Assembly: GCA_964016885.1 (NCBI GenBank)
Contig: OZ024743.1
Span: 21,266,001 to 21,330,000, forward strand
Length of the DNA: 64,000 nt
From: Eledone cirrhosa
Lineage: Eukaryota
Direction: 5' to 3'
In this document: piece after piece, positions 10,362 to 24,102 of the stretch
How positions within the stretch are numbered: the stretch's first letter is position 1
Layout: each line of letters opens with the position of its first letter
The notes under the pieces: generated by a model
What the model saw: the letters and a program-made list of their open reading frames with translations, nothing else
Databases searched by the model: none
What the model was told of the DNA's origin: nothing
Made by a program: the position numbers and the translations under genes

Positions 10362-11904
10362 TGCTATCCTTCCGTATTTGTTTACTGTCTCGCTCGCTTT
10401 ACGCGATTTACTTGTCCCAGTAGCTTTATTTAGCTATTGCTCGCACCAACCGGAGGTATATGATTTTTAAAGCGATGAAATACCAATGAAGGTTGGAAAA
10501 TCACTGACGAAGGACTATTTTTATCATATGTAACCCACGTGCAACCACGCAGTATTCTTTCTTCTCATGTTTTATATATATATATATATATACATGCACC
10601 GGTAGTTTAGTAGGAAATTCAACAATTAAAAATTCAACAATACAAACATTAAAGAAATTATGTTTAGGTCTAAGAACAACAGTCTTGTATATAGTGTGTT
10701 GAGGGTGTCAAGGATACTGTCATAATTAACATGTTTCAGCATATTTTCCTGCATTTTGGGGTTTTTCATGCTGGCATGTGGTAAGTGTTAAAGTAATTAA
10801 CTGCATACAAGGTGGGATGGTTTCATCTTTCTTTGACCTTCTGAATACGGAAATAATACTGAACTCTATTCAAAGAAGACGGCAGCGTTCGATATTTGAA
10901 ATAGAAGCTTTCACCGCTCTTTTTGACAACATAAAGTCTAATAACAGGACATTTAAGCCCCCAGAAAAAAAAGGACAAACCTTCAGCGCCTAATACCTTA
11001 TCACCAGTTCTCGCCTATATTCCATATCTCACGGCAGATGTGAAATACTTCGAAGAATTAACTTTGGAAATTTCAGCATTGAAACTCACAACTTACTTAA
11101 AATACTTTGGTGATACATTTGTATTTTTAAGTGTAAATAAATAAATGTATTGAAATAGAATTATAAAGAAAATACATTAAAAAGTTTATGGATTTATGTA
11201 GGTGTATTTTGCATATAAATCGATGTATTTACAAAAAAAAAACAGAGTAAGTTTTAAAATTTGAAATGTATTTGCTTTTATTGGGAAAAGCTACCACATT
11301 TCTATTAATCATAAAATAGTCGAATAAGTTGCGTAAATTATCCTTGAGACGTGTAAATGTGGACAGAGTGTCGCATGCGGGAAACGAACTACGCATCTGC
11401 CGTATGCCGGACAGCTGCGATATCCATTACCTCAAAATGACCTGGCCAACATTTCACCACCTAAATATAAGCCATATTTGTGATAGATATATAAATAAAC
11501 AGATCTGTTTACAATAAATTTGTGCAAGTTTGTTGTCAAGGATGCGCCCATAATTAACATAAGTTTCTGCATATTTTCTTGTCTATTTGGGATTTGTGAT
11601 GCAGGCATTTGGTAGGTGTAGATAAAGTAATTAGATACATAAAATGTGGGTCAGTTTCAACTTTCTGTGGCCTTCTGAATATGTACATAATACTGAACAC
11701 GATTCATAGAAAATGCTGTCAATTGACATTTGAAGTAAAAGTTTTCGTCGTACTTTTTTATTACAGAGAATCGTCTAAGCCCCCAGAAAGGAAAAAAGTG
11801 CATCAGCACGCGTGCGAGATCAACCTCTCGTTTGTCAGAGAAGCGTGCTACCAATTACATCTACTCGACCACTTATCTCTCTCCGTGGCAACTATATGGT
11901 AATA

Positions 11905-12080
11905 ACTGTTTCTACTTTTGGCACAAGGCCAGCAATTACTCAGTACATTACTGGTACTTTATTTTATCGACCCCGTAAGGATGAAAGGCAAAGTTAACGG
12001 GATTTGAACTCAGACCGTAAAGGACGTAACTATGCTAGAAAGCATGGCGTCAACCCTCTACCGATACTGCCAATTCACCA
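11905..12080 (-). mobile_element. tRNA-derived SINE (major family)
   Basis: Reverse complement of the shared core aactttgcctttcatccttacggggtcgataaaataaagtaccag, with A-box and B-box-like motifs. Confidence 0.85.
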
Positions 12081-12539
12081 CACGTATGTTTAGAAGACGG
12101 CGGAGATTGACATTTGAAAAGAATTAAAAGCTTTTGCCGTACTTTTTGACTAAAGAAAATAGTCTAATAACAGGGCATATAAACCCTCAGAAAGTATTTA
12201 GTTTCCATTAAATGTCACCACTAAGTTTACTGGCTATGTTTTCAGCAATCTACTGCTTCTTCCACCGTAGTCTTCAATGGTTGAAATCTAATCTTATAGT
12301 GGTATATGATTACTTTTTTCATACCATTCGTGTGCAGTCACTTTTTTACTTCCATATTACTTCTTTCATTTAGTTTTTTCGATATTAGTTGACCGAATCT
12401 GAAGAATCAACGCTGAATAAAGGGCTACAGTTATCTAAATACTTACGCAGATTTTTTACTTAAATAGTTTATCCTTAATTGAAGTGTCCACTAAAAGAAC
12501 TTGAAATGGCAGAAGGAGAATATCTAAGGGAGGCATTAT

Positions 12540-13480
12540 GAAAGGCATTGGAGAAGGCCAAACCTCTAGCGTCTAATCCCTTATCACCACTGATCTCATG
12601 TATCTGTTGGTAGATGTGGAATACTTCGAAGACGTATCTCTAGAGATTTCAGCATTGAAACTCACAACTTATTTTAAATATTTTGAAAACTCATTTGTAT
12701 TCCAGCAACACCATGAGGAGATCCAAGTTGCTTTGACAGTATTAGTTTGCTACATACTTCAATACAGTTTACTATGGAAAAAGAAAGCCATAACCAACTG
12801 TAATTCCTAAATGTATTATTGGGAAAAATCATTCTAGTTAAATTATAAAGTTTCAAATGTTAATTACATTGGGCAAAAACAACCTGCATCAATATATCAA
12901 CATATACAGAAGAAATGAATTGCCTGAAAAATACATTTCTGAATAACAAATACCCAGCCTATTCTAAAGAATCCACAGGCACATTCAAGCATAACGTGTG
13001 AGTCAAACCAAATTCCATTGTGTTTATACCCCATTACAAGTAATTGTCTGAAAATATTCAGAGAATCTGCAACACATCATCATAACTGTGTTCAATAGAA
13101 ACACAACACTTCACATATATCTCGCCAAAGTTAAGTTTACCTAGGAATGACCAGAACATAAGAACTGCTTCAACAATATCTCATGTATTTGTAGAAGATC
13201 ATATAAAGGAAGCCCATACAGGTCGGCTTTAGGAACATTTGGATAATCTTGTTGAAAGTATAAACATCAAAATTAGAAATGCCTGAGCATATATGGTGCC
13301 ACAAAAGAAATCATATACTTCTATGGAATTCCTATAATTGATTGAGAATCATGGTGGAAACTTAGAAATATCAAACAAGCAGAGTATATAGAGCTGGCTC
13401 AAAACGCAGTAAGTAAATCCATCATTGATATCAGCTTAATTGCATTTAAATATTCTAAAAATCGAACATTAAAGTACAAA
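12540..13480 (+). pseudogene. Highly degenerate Penelope-like RT/GIY-YIG remnant
   Basis: Traces of PLSP..EYFE..YFKY..F (RT) and NISCICRRSYKG (GIY-YIG-like); many stops and frameshifts. Confidence 0.4.
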
Positions 13481-16221
13481 CGTTTGATGGATATATACAG
13501 AGTTTGTAGACTGAAGAATGTTTGATTATATTAAAAACATACATTTATGAATATGTAATGTATTACTTCAATATAATAGTTTCGCTAGAAATATTTTTAT
13601 TGCTGTATAGATACAGCAATAAAAATATTTCAAGGACATCGTTTTGTTTAGGATCCATTAATTAAAAGTTAGTGTTGCTTTTGGTATAAGAAAACCGTGA
13701 CTCATAATCAGAGATATGTGTCGTTGGTGAAAGGTAATTGAAACTTTGTATCTAGTTATTGGGTCGGGTATCTAGTAGCTACTATCACCCAAGCTATATT
13801 TTATATTACACGAGACAGTGCAGATATCTATTTGTCCTATACAATGAGTTACTACCAGTCACTATTAACAAATCTCCCTCTCAAATTGAAGCAAATTTTC
13901 TTGGGGTGTAGGAGTATACCAGAATTGCTAGTATAACTCAGAAAGAAAGAGAAAGAGATGGAGAGGTGTTTCGCGTACGAGTCACGTCAAATGTTTTGCT
14001 GTTTTCAATGTAATTGGGTTGGTTACCCGCAAGAGAGAGACCCGCGAATTGGAGTGGCTGTTCCAGCACATCTCCCTGAAGATGAACTAACTCTTAATTA
14101 TTGAGAAACTACAAGCTAATTCTAAAACCACGTTGTATTCTTTCTTCATTATTTAAAGGAGCTTGTCTTTCTGTAAAGATGATTGCTTTCATCAAATTTC
14201 TCGTGAATACGTCTACAGCGGATTTAGTTTAACGGTGTACATTACGAAGGGAAAGAAAGATTCAATGGGCTGGAAAATGTTAGTGGTTGTCTCTTTGATA
14301 CTAAGGTGGAGGTGGGGAATAAACTACTGAAATAGAGTGATTGCTTAGTAAATCATGTTTCACTCTGTGATATTCGAGCGTTCGGGGTAGCTGGGCCGCT
14401 GACAACGAATGTTTTGTCATCTTTGATGGCTCGTTTTACTTAAGTACCAGATGATGCTCGTGACAATGCTTGTATATTTCAGTGCCTTTGTCTCACTCAC
14501 AACCACAGTAATGTTGTGACTGTCTTGTCATGTGCAACACAGCATTCGTTGGTTGTAGTGAGCAATTGAGTGGGTTTGTCTTTCCATTTTTCTCTATTTG
14601 TTTATTTGTTTATTGATGTGTTGGTATCAAAAGAGCTGCCAATAACCCACCCTGGAAATTGTGACAGTATACAATAGATCAAAATATAAACTACGTTTGC
14701 CTATCCTATAAAATTCTACTTCGTCTATCTCTCAAAACTTGTCTAATATTTGTTAAGTGAAACCAATTGTAGATACTGTACTTTCTGAAGGAAAGTATGA
14801 TTGCGCACATGAATCAAAACATCGTGATCAAATTTACAATGTTAAGACATGAGCAATAATGTTATTCTAGACACATATAAATGTACTTTCTTAGTGGCAA
14901 CAATGTACATAAAAATTAACAATGGTGAAAATTTTCTTAGAAGATAACTTGTTTATACAAGGGTAACAATATATATTGTCTTTATTGCAAAGTTTGGGGT
15001 GCCTTAGAAAAGTCTTTAACATATGACGGAAAGCATGACCTAAATTATATATTGCAAAGAATTATTTCCTGGGGATATAAAGTTTCCGAGAGATACCGTT
15101 AGATTTATTATCATCAATTAGTTCCAGGATGTCATGTCGAATCCACGGACTGTATTAAGAATAATGCTTACAATAAATCTAACTGTGGTGACAGGTAAGA
15201 TATGTATTTGTAAACTAAAACTTGACAAAAGACTGATTAAATTATTTGGCAGTTTTATCATTAGAAAATAATACCTAATCGGTAATCGACGGTCCCGCAG
15301 AGAAGGTAATTTCTTAAGTCGTCACAGCCGACTTCTTTTTAGAAAACATGTTTCGTGACTGATTATTCCTATGCGTCCTCGACAAGGATTTTCACAATAC
15401 CCACTATAGAGCAATGTTGAGGCAATTGTATTTACCAAAGTGGGGGACTTCCATCTTTGTCTTGCATCAACAGCATGTTGGATGCATGAATTTTCAAATG
15501 CTTTGACTCCTGTATTGACAACTAATCTACAATTTATCACTGCCCTTTGCTGGCGTTTGTCATAGTTATTTATTGGAAATTATAAGTAATAGCACATCAA
15601 TAATTGGATGGTGCATAACTAATTTCCAGAGATTGCCGTTTTATTTTTGATTCATGCCTTAATGTGAGTATAGATATGTAACTCATGATAGTGCTGTAGG
15701 GACGACGCAGAGATATACAGTGTGTCATGCGCATTTAAAAGCAAACAGAGTCCATCACAGTCTATTTTTTCCAGAGAAGAGGAGAGAGAGAATCATAAAG
15801 AGATGAATCGAGAAAGAGATATAGAAGAATAATCGACCACAGTACTGAGCTGGTACATTCGACCATGAAGCGATGAAAGGCAAAGTTTACCTCGGTGGGG
15901 TTTGAACTCAATGCACAGAGAACCGGCATAAATACCCAAAAGCATTCTATCCGACCTTCAAACGGCTCGGCCTGTTGCCGTCTTCGTGCCTTAGTACACA
16001 AAAACAAATGATCTATGGATAGCTGCGTTCCATTGAGTTACTTGCGAATACCTAATCAAAATTACATCAATTGTTTCATGATAACATTAGAAAAGAAGAT
16101 GACGATGAGAAGGGGCAAATGCAGGAGAGCAAGAGGCTGGAAGAAGAGAAAGAGGAAGCAAAATGAGATAGAAATAAAAGATGGAAGCAAAATAACAATA
16201 GTAATAACAATAATGTCTTAC

Positions 16222-16581
16222 CTCGTACACACTTGTCACGCGCAACCGGTAAAAAGTTGGTGTAAATATTTCTGCAGCTGCTCCACACACAAAAAAATAA
16301 CCAAGTGCAATGAACCAATACATAGTTGTGTAATTGTACATCTCGGCAGGAGTTCCCAGTAAGGTTATAGCTGACATGAAGCTTGCTACAAGTGAAAGAG
16401 ACACAGGAATCGGGTTCATCTGGCCTCCTGCCAAGAGAAAGTCTTTTGTTGTAGTTTTCTTTCGGTCGACGATGGCATAATAGATTCCAATCGCAGCTGA
16501 CACGAACAACATAAGTCCGAATAACACATAGTCCCAGGCAGAGAAATTGTCTATCTCGCCGGTTATATAGCTGGGCGGCAT
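16222..16581 (-). CDS. First coding exon of an SLC5 sodium:solute symporter (SLC5A8/A12 SMCT or SMVT-like)
   Basis: 120 codons MPPSY...WDYVLFGLMLFVSAAIGIYY...DFLLAGGQM..PVSLSLVASFMSAITLLGTPAEMY...FYRLRVTSVYE; acceptor tttttttacAG before 16588 and donor GAG|GTAAGA after 16222 (phase 0). Confidence 0.93.
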
Positions 16582-17099
16582 TATAGAACTGTAAAAAAAA
16601 GATGAAACTATTATTATTATGATTATAGCAGGAAAGACCACCCTTCGGGTGGTTTTCTGCTAGCATGTGTAGTGTGTATATTGATATTCTACGCAAGTAT
16701 ATATGCATATAGATATGATACATCAAATAAAACCGTAATTGACAATATACACAGAAATTGAACGAAGACTGTTACACTGTCTTCTGTAATCAGTAACGTA
16801 ATCCATGATACATTAAAAAAGACGATATTATATACAAACTGCATCAGGAGAAAATTAGTGACAGAAATAAATGAATATTTATTTAAACGATCGCTAACCG
16901 GATGTGTTGACATTTGAAAATGTTAAAGAAGTGAATCTTTAAATAAGTAATAAAATATATTTAATGAACAGCCACGAAATTTAGTAGATAAATTATGTAA
17001 TATTCATTCATTATTTATTCAAAGTAATCCAACTTATTTTACTACGGGGATAACAAATTATAAACCGTACGCAGTCCCGCGCTTCTTACTTTATTATAG

Positions 17100-18040
17100 T
17101 TTAGATGCTGGAATGTCTCCAAGCGCTCACAGCTTTCTACCAGCTGGGCACTAGTATCGGTGGAACATCCACCTCGGCATTCTATAGTGGGCTAGTGGAG
17201 GGGAAGAGCGATGACGTTCTCGGGAAGACCCTGGGCGTCGAAGACGATCAGCTGTTCGTTCTCTTCAAGAGAACTTTCAGCCAGGGGCCTATGGACAACT
17301 TCCAGAAATCCCTGGCCTGGCAGTGCTACCGGGGAGCGTTGCCGGTTCGAGATAAGCTCTACAAGTACGGAAGTGCCGTCAGCCGAACCTGTTCCGCAGG
17401 GTGACGAAAACGTTGTGCACGCACTCGTTCAGTGTACGAGCATTGCTGACTTGTGGAGCTATGTCGAACATTTGCTGTCACGTGTAGGATGGATCTGGTT
17501 ATCGACTGAGTCCATTGTGCAGGGAGGGCAAGCAGTTTTCATTTTCCTGGTGGCCATGGCGAAAGAGATTGTATGGTGGATAAGGTTGAAAGGATTGAAG
17601 ACGGACACTTTCCTCTTCAGTGAATCCCTAATTAACTTTTTCAAATTTCACCTGAAGAGGAAAATCAAGGTGGAGAGGCAAGTGTTGTCTTCTAGTAAGT
17701 TTGGTGAACGGTGGCTGAAAGTGGCGAATCTGGTCCGAGTGAACGGGCCCACTCTGAGTATGCACCTGTAGACTGAGGAGTGGGAGAAATGAGAGAGGAC
17801 GCTTGCCCTGGTGGTCAGGGCGGCCATGGTCTTATGTGTGGTTTTCACCACGAGTGAGTCTCGGAGGTTTCCCCCTTTTGAGGGAATTTTTGTTGTTTGA
17901 AGTTTTTTTATTTGTTTTTACACATTTCTATCTTGTTATAACCTTTTTACACGGCCAAAACCCACTTTGTATCGTCCTGTACCGTTCTGTGGCGTCTGTA
18001 ATCTTTTTCTTCATGTTAGTTCTTGTGGCCAATAAAGAAA
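17100..18040 (+). mobile_element. 3' fragment of a Tx1/L1-clade LINE
   Basis: zf-RVT-like FQKSLAWQCYRGALPVRDKL..SRTC..DENVVHALVQC with frameshift; T-rich 3' UTR ending AATAAA. Confidence 0.75.
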
Positions 18041-18062
18041 CCATTATTATTATTATTATATC

Positions 18063-19700
18063 CCTCCGAAGTTGACTTTGCCTTTCATCCTTACGGGGTC
18101 GATAAAATAAAGTACCAGTAATCATCATCATCATCATTTCATTTTACGTCCGCTTTTTCCCTGCTTGCAAGGGTGGGACGGGAACTGATTCTGGCTTGAT
18201 TTCTACAGCTGGATGCCCTTCCTAACACCAACCTCATTTACAGTGAGTGCTGGGTGCTTTTTTGCCGTGGCACCTCCACGACCACTTTGCAGTGGAATGA
18301 TAGGGACCCCAGTCCCTTTCATCTCATTTCTACAGCTGAGTAAACTGGAGCAATGTGAAATAAAGTGTCTTGCTCAAGGAAACAACACATCACCCGGTTT
18401 GAGAATTGAACTCACAACCTTTCGATTGCAAGGCCAATGCTCTAACCACTAAGCCATGGGTAATTGCTAGCCTTGTGCCTAAAGTAGAATCAATTATTAT
18501 TATTATTATTAGTCGGACGCCATGCTTTGAAGCATAGAGTTACGTCCCTTTATGTTCTGAGTTAAAATCCCGCCGAGGTTAACTTTGCCTTTCATCCTTA
18601 CGGGGGTCGATAAAATAAAGTACCAGTAATGTACTGGGTAGTTGCTGGCCTTGTGCCAAAAGTAGAAACAATTATTATTATTATTATTAAAGGTGGTAGA
18701 TTGGCAGTATCGGTAGAGCGTCGGACAATATGCTTTACGGTATAGAGTTACGGCCCTTTGCGTTCTAAGTTCAAATCCTGCCGAGGTTAGCTTTGCCTTT
18801 CATCTTTGCGGGGTGAATAAATTAAAGTACCAGTAACGCACTGGGTCGATTTAATTGACTTTCCCCTCCCCCAAATTGTTGGCATTGCGCCTAAATCAAA
18901 AACCATTAATAATAATAATAATGATGATTTCTACTATAGGTACAAGGCCGGTAATTTGGGGGAGGGGAAAGATGATTAAATCGACCCAGTGCATAACGGG
19001 TACTTTATTTTATCGACCTCGTAAGGACGAAAGGCAAAGCTAACCTCAACAGGATTTTAACTCAGGTCGTCAAAGGACATAACTATGTTGCGAAGCATAG
19101 TGTCCGACGCTGCCAATCCACCACCCTAATAATAATAATAATAATGATTTCTTTTATTTGCCACAAGGACACCGGATAAGATTTCTAATTTAGGCACCAG
19201 GCCACTAATTTGGGAGAAGGCGAAGATGGTTAAATATGTTTCTACATTTCACTGGGAGTATATTTATGGACTTTGAAAAGATGAAAGGCAATGTTGACCG
19301 TAGCGGTATGGAAAATCAGAAGGTAATGATCTGGAATATAGGCAAACAACGTGCGACTCTCTAACGATTCAGCCAAGCCACCGCCTTAGAATACGAATTG
19401 ATTAATAGTCTAAGGTTTCATATGGTAGAATTGAACCCGACTTACCTAAGTGAAACACAGGAAACCTAATCACTAGACCCTACGGGAACACTCATTATTT
19501 AATTTCTAGCATAAAGTCAGCAATTTTTATGGTACGATAATGTCGATTATGTTGACCCAGTACTTGAGTGGTACTTTATGCTAGCGACCCAGAAAGAATG
19601 AAGCGTAAAGTTAACCTCGACTAGATTTGAACTTATGACTGGAAGACAAGTAATTTTTTCGAGGCTCTGCCAATCCGTTTTTATTCGCCACCTGACTTCA
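18063..19700. mobile_element. SINE cluster in both orientations
   Basis: Major-family copies at about 18063-18122, 18513-18672(+), 18690-18905(+), 18925-19125(-), 19180-19388(-) and 19550-19695(-); a different SINE at 18125-18460(-). Confidence 0.8.
19416..19487 (-). pseudogene. tRNA-Glu(TTC)-like pseudogene
   Basis: tcccgtagggtctagtgattaggtttcctgtgtTTCacttaggtaagtcgggttcaattctaccatatgaaa is colinear with eukaryotic tRNA-Glu but stems are mispaired. Confidence 0.65.
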
Positions 19701-20271
19701 TCTATATATATATATATATAAAGTTGTGGTTCCTGTCTGTTTGTTTGTTTGTTCACGAACTCCTCCTATGGTTTTGGAGATAAACCCCATAACCATATAC
19801 ATTCTGAAACTACATTGCCCAGGTTACTTGGATAAGTATATTTCATTTTAATCAAAGATATGATGCCTATTCACGAACTTTCCGCAAATTTCAATAATAT
19901 TAAGACACCCTAATGGGGGTTCCCCGGGGGACACAAATCCCCGCTGAAATATTTTTCCCTTCGATTTATATGAAATTTAAACCATAGGTAAACGACAAGA
20001 TATGATGCCTATTCACAAAAGTTTTGAATTGATATTTTGAAAAAAATTATTTACAAGAAACAAAATAAGAATAAGATTTAATAATGTAATTTTGATTTGA
20101 TATATTACAAAAAATAATGTTTTCCAATTTTTCATGCATTACAATTTACATTGAGTAATATTGAAATGCAGAGTTTTTCTCCATAAATCACTGGTTTAAA
20201 ATCAATCATCATTTTCTTACAAAAAAAAAAAAAATGTGTGAAACGCAGCAAGGCACGGGTAATTCGACTAG
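19701..20271 (+). mobile_element. Non-autonomous Helitron-like element
   Basis: 5' TC-tatatatataaa followed by gtct/gttt repeats; 3' GC-rich motif gcagcaaggcacggg then CTAG|T. Confidence 0.6.
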
Positions 20272-20974
20272 TTTATCCATAAAATAAAATATATATAACA
20301 TATGTATGGATAAATCAAACACCATGTATAAAAACTATGGATGATATAAAGACTTTGCGATTTTATTACATAAAATAATTAAATGAATATGTGTGTGTGT
20401 GTGTGTTTGTGTGGGGAAAAATAAATGGTTAAGCAACACAGCAAAACGATAAAGTACAATCAAGATATATATTAGTTTAGCTCTTGATAAAGCTGGGAAA
20501 GAGTCATAACGTTTCGAACATTAATCATTCATCAAAAGGTAGCATGATAAATAAAAGAATAAATAGAAAGATAGACGAGAGGGAGAAGAGAAAGAAACGG
20601 ATATTTTTCTTTTTTTAAGTGGGGAAGCATCTGTGAAACTAGAAATACCGTTGTAACGCAACAGACAACTTTAGCAGTTTGGTTCCAGGGGTTATTTCTT
20701 ATATACTGCCGTCGGTATTGAGTACTTTTTCTTTCATTCATTACCATTTATGTATAAATATACATATATAATTTTAAAGACATATAATTTAAAGAAAAAA
20801 TATGATATCTTTGGTTTGATCAGGGCTCCCCATAACTCTCATTGTAATCTTCCCCTTGCATATCGACCAGGTACTAATACCGATTGTCTCGAAAGTGCTA
20901 ATGAACAATTATGTGTAGAACAAATCTGGCCTTTTGAACTACAGGTACAGTTAATCTAACGCGTTTCAGAACAG

Positions 20975-21052
20975 TTTCCAATCCTTACCTATGGTCATGA
21001 ATCTTGAGTAATGGCTAAAAGAATATGTTCGCGAATACAAGCATCCAAAATG
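20975..21052 (+). mobile_element. Small RTE LINE fragment
   Basis: Translates PILTYGHES*VMAKRICSRIQASKM. Confidence 0.55.
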
Positions 21053-21489
21053 AAAGAAAAGAAAAAAAAAGAGGAAAAAAAAGAGAAGAGAAAAATCCAC
21101 GACCCTGTCAGGAATAAGTGGGCGAAGAAGAGAAGTAATAACTACTTTAAATAATATCCATCACTCGTTGTACGAGTTACATCACCCAGGTCAGTGATAT
21201 TATCAAACAATTCTAGTGAGCAATCTAAATAAAGAAGGAATTATTTCAAATATGTCACTTCTATTATGTCTGTATATCATAAACAACTAAATTCCTGTCT
21301 TCTCGCATTTCAATAATATGAGATGTAAATAATGAGATAGCTCCAGTGTAAGTGACCAACCTCACCACACCTTAGATGTATTTGATACTGGGATGATTTT
21401 AACGATAATGATTAAATTCTTCTTCTTTGCTTAAAACAATTACGTGTCTTTGCATATATGTATTGATAAGAACATACAAATGAATGTTG

Positions 21490-21812
21490 TTGAACCTCCG
21501 TTATTTCCAAAGGTGAGTGTTCCAGTTGATTCAATGAGCGGAACTGCCTACTCATGAAATTAGGTGGATGATCATTCCACAAGACACCTGTACACATAAC
21601 GTAGTTCTCAGAGAGATTCAGTATGGCACAATGTGTGACAAGGCTCAGCCCTTGAATTAACAACGCAATACAACCACCTGAGTGGAAGGGTGCAACATAA
21701 AATAATGCATCTTACTCAAGGACACAACACGCCGTTCGGTCCAAGAATGGAACTCACGACCTTATGAGCAGGAGCTAAACACCCCTAACCTATAAACCAC
21801 GCGCCTTCACTA
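21490..21812 (-). mobile_element. Second tRNA-derived SINE family, decayed
   Basis: Similar to 26800-27080(+) and 38500-38780(-); head gaaggcgcgtgg. Confidence 0.65.
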
Positions 21813-23459
21813 TAAATGAATTTATATTCTGTTTATTTAGCTTATTAATAACAAAATATAGAGACAAATACACAGGAATGAATCTCAGAGCTGAAATATG
21901 CTAATAAAAAAAAAATGAATTTTATTAGAATAGTATATTTTTCCAACCCTCCATTAAACTCATAACTTCTGATACTGTTGTGGGGACGCCGCTATGACAC
22001 ACAGCGTGCCTTGGGCATTTAAAACCTGGCAGAGTCCATCCCTCTCTAGATCGAAACACTGTTGATTTCTTCCATAGAGAGAGAAGTGAGTGTAGAATCG
22101 ATCCCAGTATTGGACTGGTACTTTCATATAGGCATTGAAGGGATGAAAGGCAAAGATGATCTCGATGTATAAAAAGCATTCTATCCGATGTTCTAATGAT
22201 TCTGCTACTTTGCTGTCTAATCTAATTTTAGTGTATTCTGAAAATTGAAGCTTTATAAAGCTACAAAGTTTCTAAGCCACCAAGTAAATCCTAATCTTAA
22301 GCTTATTATAAAAGTTAGGGGGCAATTAATTAAGATAATACAAAACCAGAAAAATCTGCTGCATTGCTTGATCCTGAAAAAACAGACTGGAACCAGGCAA
22401 CCTTTCGGCTGAAGTATGCAGGATATTAAATGGCAATATCAGTAACAATTGATGACCAAAGTACCCAAAATTGTGTTCTCGACAAAAGCCGAAGCAGATA
22501 TCAACAATAATAAAACTACCAACCAAGATATTAAACAAACACTGTAAGGAAATAGTGTCCTAAAACAGATTATAAAACCTTGTTGGTACAAACGACAAAA
22601 ACAAAATTAAAATCAGAAAGTAAATGAGAGTTATTTATTACATTCCGTTTTACGTAGCACATAACGTAAATTACACTCTCATTGGTTGATATATGGCAGT
22701 GGTATTGACAGTTACACCAACCACTGAAGCAATAAAACATTCAATAAAGGATTTACTAAAATACCCGCTGTTTTTTTACCTGTCAATTCAATAAACGAAA
22801 GAATTTCTCTCCTGTCGAAATACAAAATTATATTGTAAAACAGCTATAAATCATTGTTTTGTAAACAGATTTCCTTAACTAAGATGATGTTATCATTTAC
22901 AAATTGTTGACAAATGTTAATGGTAAATATAAAAAACTGCGACAATGAAATCTCCCGATGCATCCATAAACAAACTACAATAAGGTCTAAATAATAAAGG
23001 AAATAAAACATAAATAAAAAAGTAAATTGTTCTAAATTGGACTGAAAGTGTTGTAATGTCCATCCCATGTGTGTATACTGATACAAATGCATATTGCACA
23101 GTGAAATCAATCAGTGATCCATTACTCTTTCCAATGTTTGTTATAAGAAGCATTGGCGTTTCCCAGTAGCTGGAATCGTGTATACTATTCTTCACTGTTA
23201 CAAGAATAACAAAAATATAAAAAATAGTGCCAAACATAATTTTAAAAAAACGCTGTACACTTCTAACTGAATATTTTGAAGCAGAAAAGATGTTACAATC
23301 TTACAGTTTATTAGTAATAATTAAATATTCAAGTATCTTAGAAAAAAGGTCGTTGTTTCGGCTTTGAGTGATAATTGGAATGCTGACGAAGACGGTTAAT
23401 TTTCAATAACCAAGTCTGCCTAATTGTAGCAAGTTTCCACAAGTATATATATAAATATA

Positions 23460-23650
23460 TCGCGGTGGATTGGCAGTATCGGTAGAGGGTCGGACGCCAT
23501 GCTTTGACGCATAGAGTTACGCCCCTTGCCATTCTGAGATCAAATCCCGCCGAGGTTAACTTTGCCTTTCATCCTTACGAGGTCGATAAAATAAAGTACC
23601 AGTAATTCACTGGGTAATTGCTGGCCTTGTGCCAAAAGTAGAAACAATTA
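23460..23650 (+). mobile_element. tRNA-derived SINE (major family), full length
   Basis: A box tggcagtatcgg, B box gagatcaaatcc, shared core, tail gtagaaacaatta. Confidence 0.9.
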
Positions 23651-24014
23651 TATTAGAGAAACTCAACAAAATACTGTACAAAAGAAACTGTTTTCCCTAG
23701 CATACAGTTATGTAAGAGCCAGCGATAAAGAATTGCTTCTTTCCTTGAAATAACTGTTTATCCTCTGTTAAACATCACACATTAACTGCAGGAGACATCG
23801 CCGAATGCTGCATATTAGTGACACATTAATCTGTGGTAAACGAACCGGTTTAAATTGTGATTCAAATCAAGTCACTCACTTTATTATGCTTGAATCAGTG
23901 TTAACAAACAATCCGTTGACAATTTAACCCAATCCAAGTCCTATATTGATTTAGTCGTAAATAATGAATAGATGAATAAACTTTTATAATTCAATTCTTT
24001 TATTTTTCACTCAT

Positions 24015-24102
24015 TTCTTTTCCCACAAATCTCTTTTCTCCTCATTCTTTTCCCACAAATCTCTTTTCTCCTCATTCTTTTCCCACAAATCTCTTTTCTC
24101 TC
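24015..24102. repeat. 30 bp tandem repeat, three copies
   Basis: ttcttttcccacaaatctcttttctcctca repeated. Confidence 0.9.

Noticed and set aside
14740-14780. Candidate SLC5 exon 2 (cag|YLQL..)
   Set aside because: No polypyrimidine tract, no RF motif, stop after ten codons
16087-16726. Full 184-aa and 216-aa ORFs as proteins
   Set aside because: Only 16222-16581 is SLC5-like; the rest lies beyond splice sites or is in another frame
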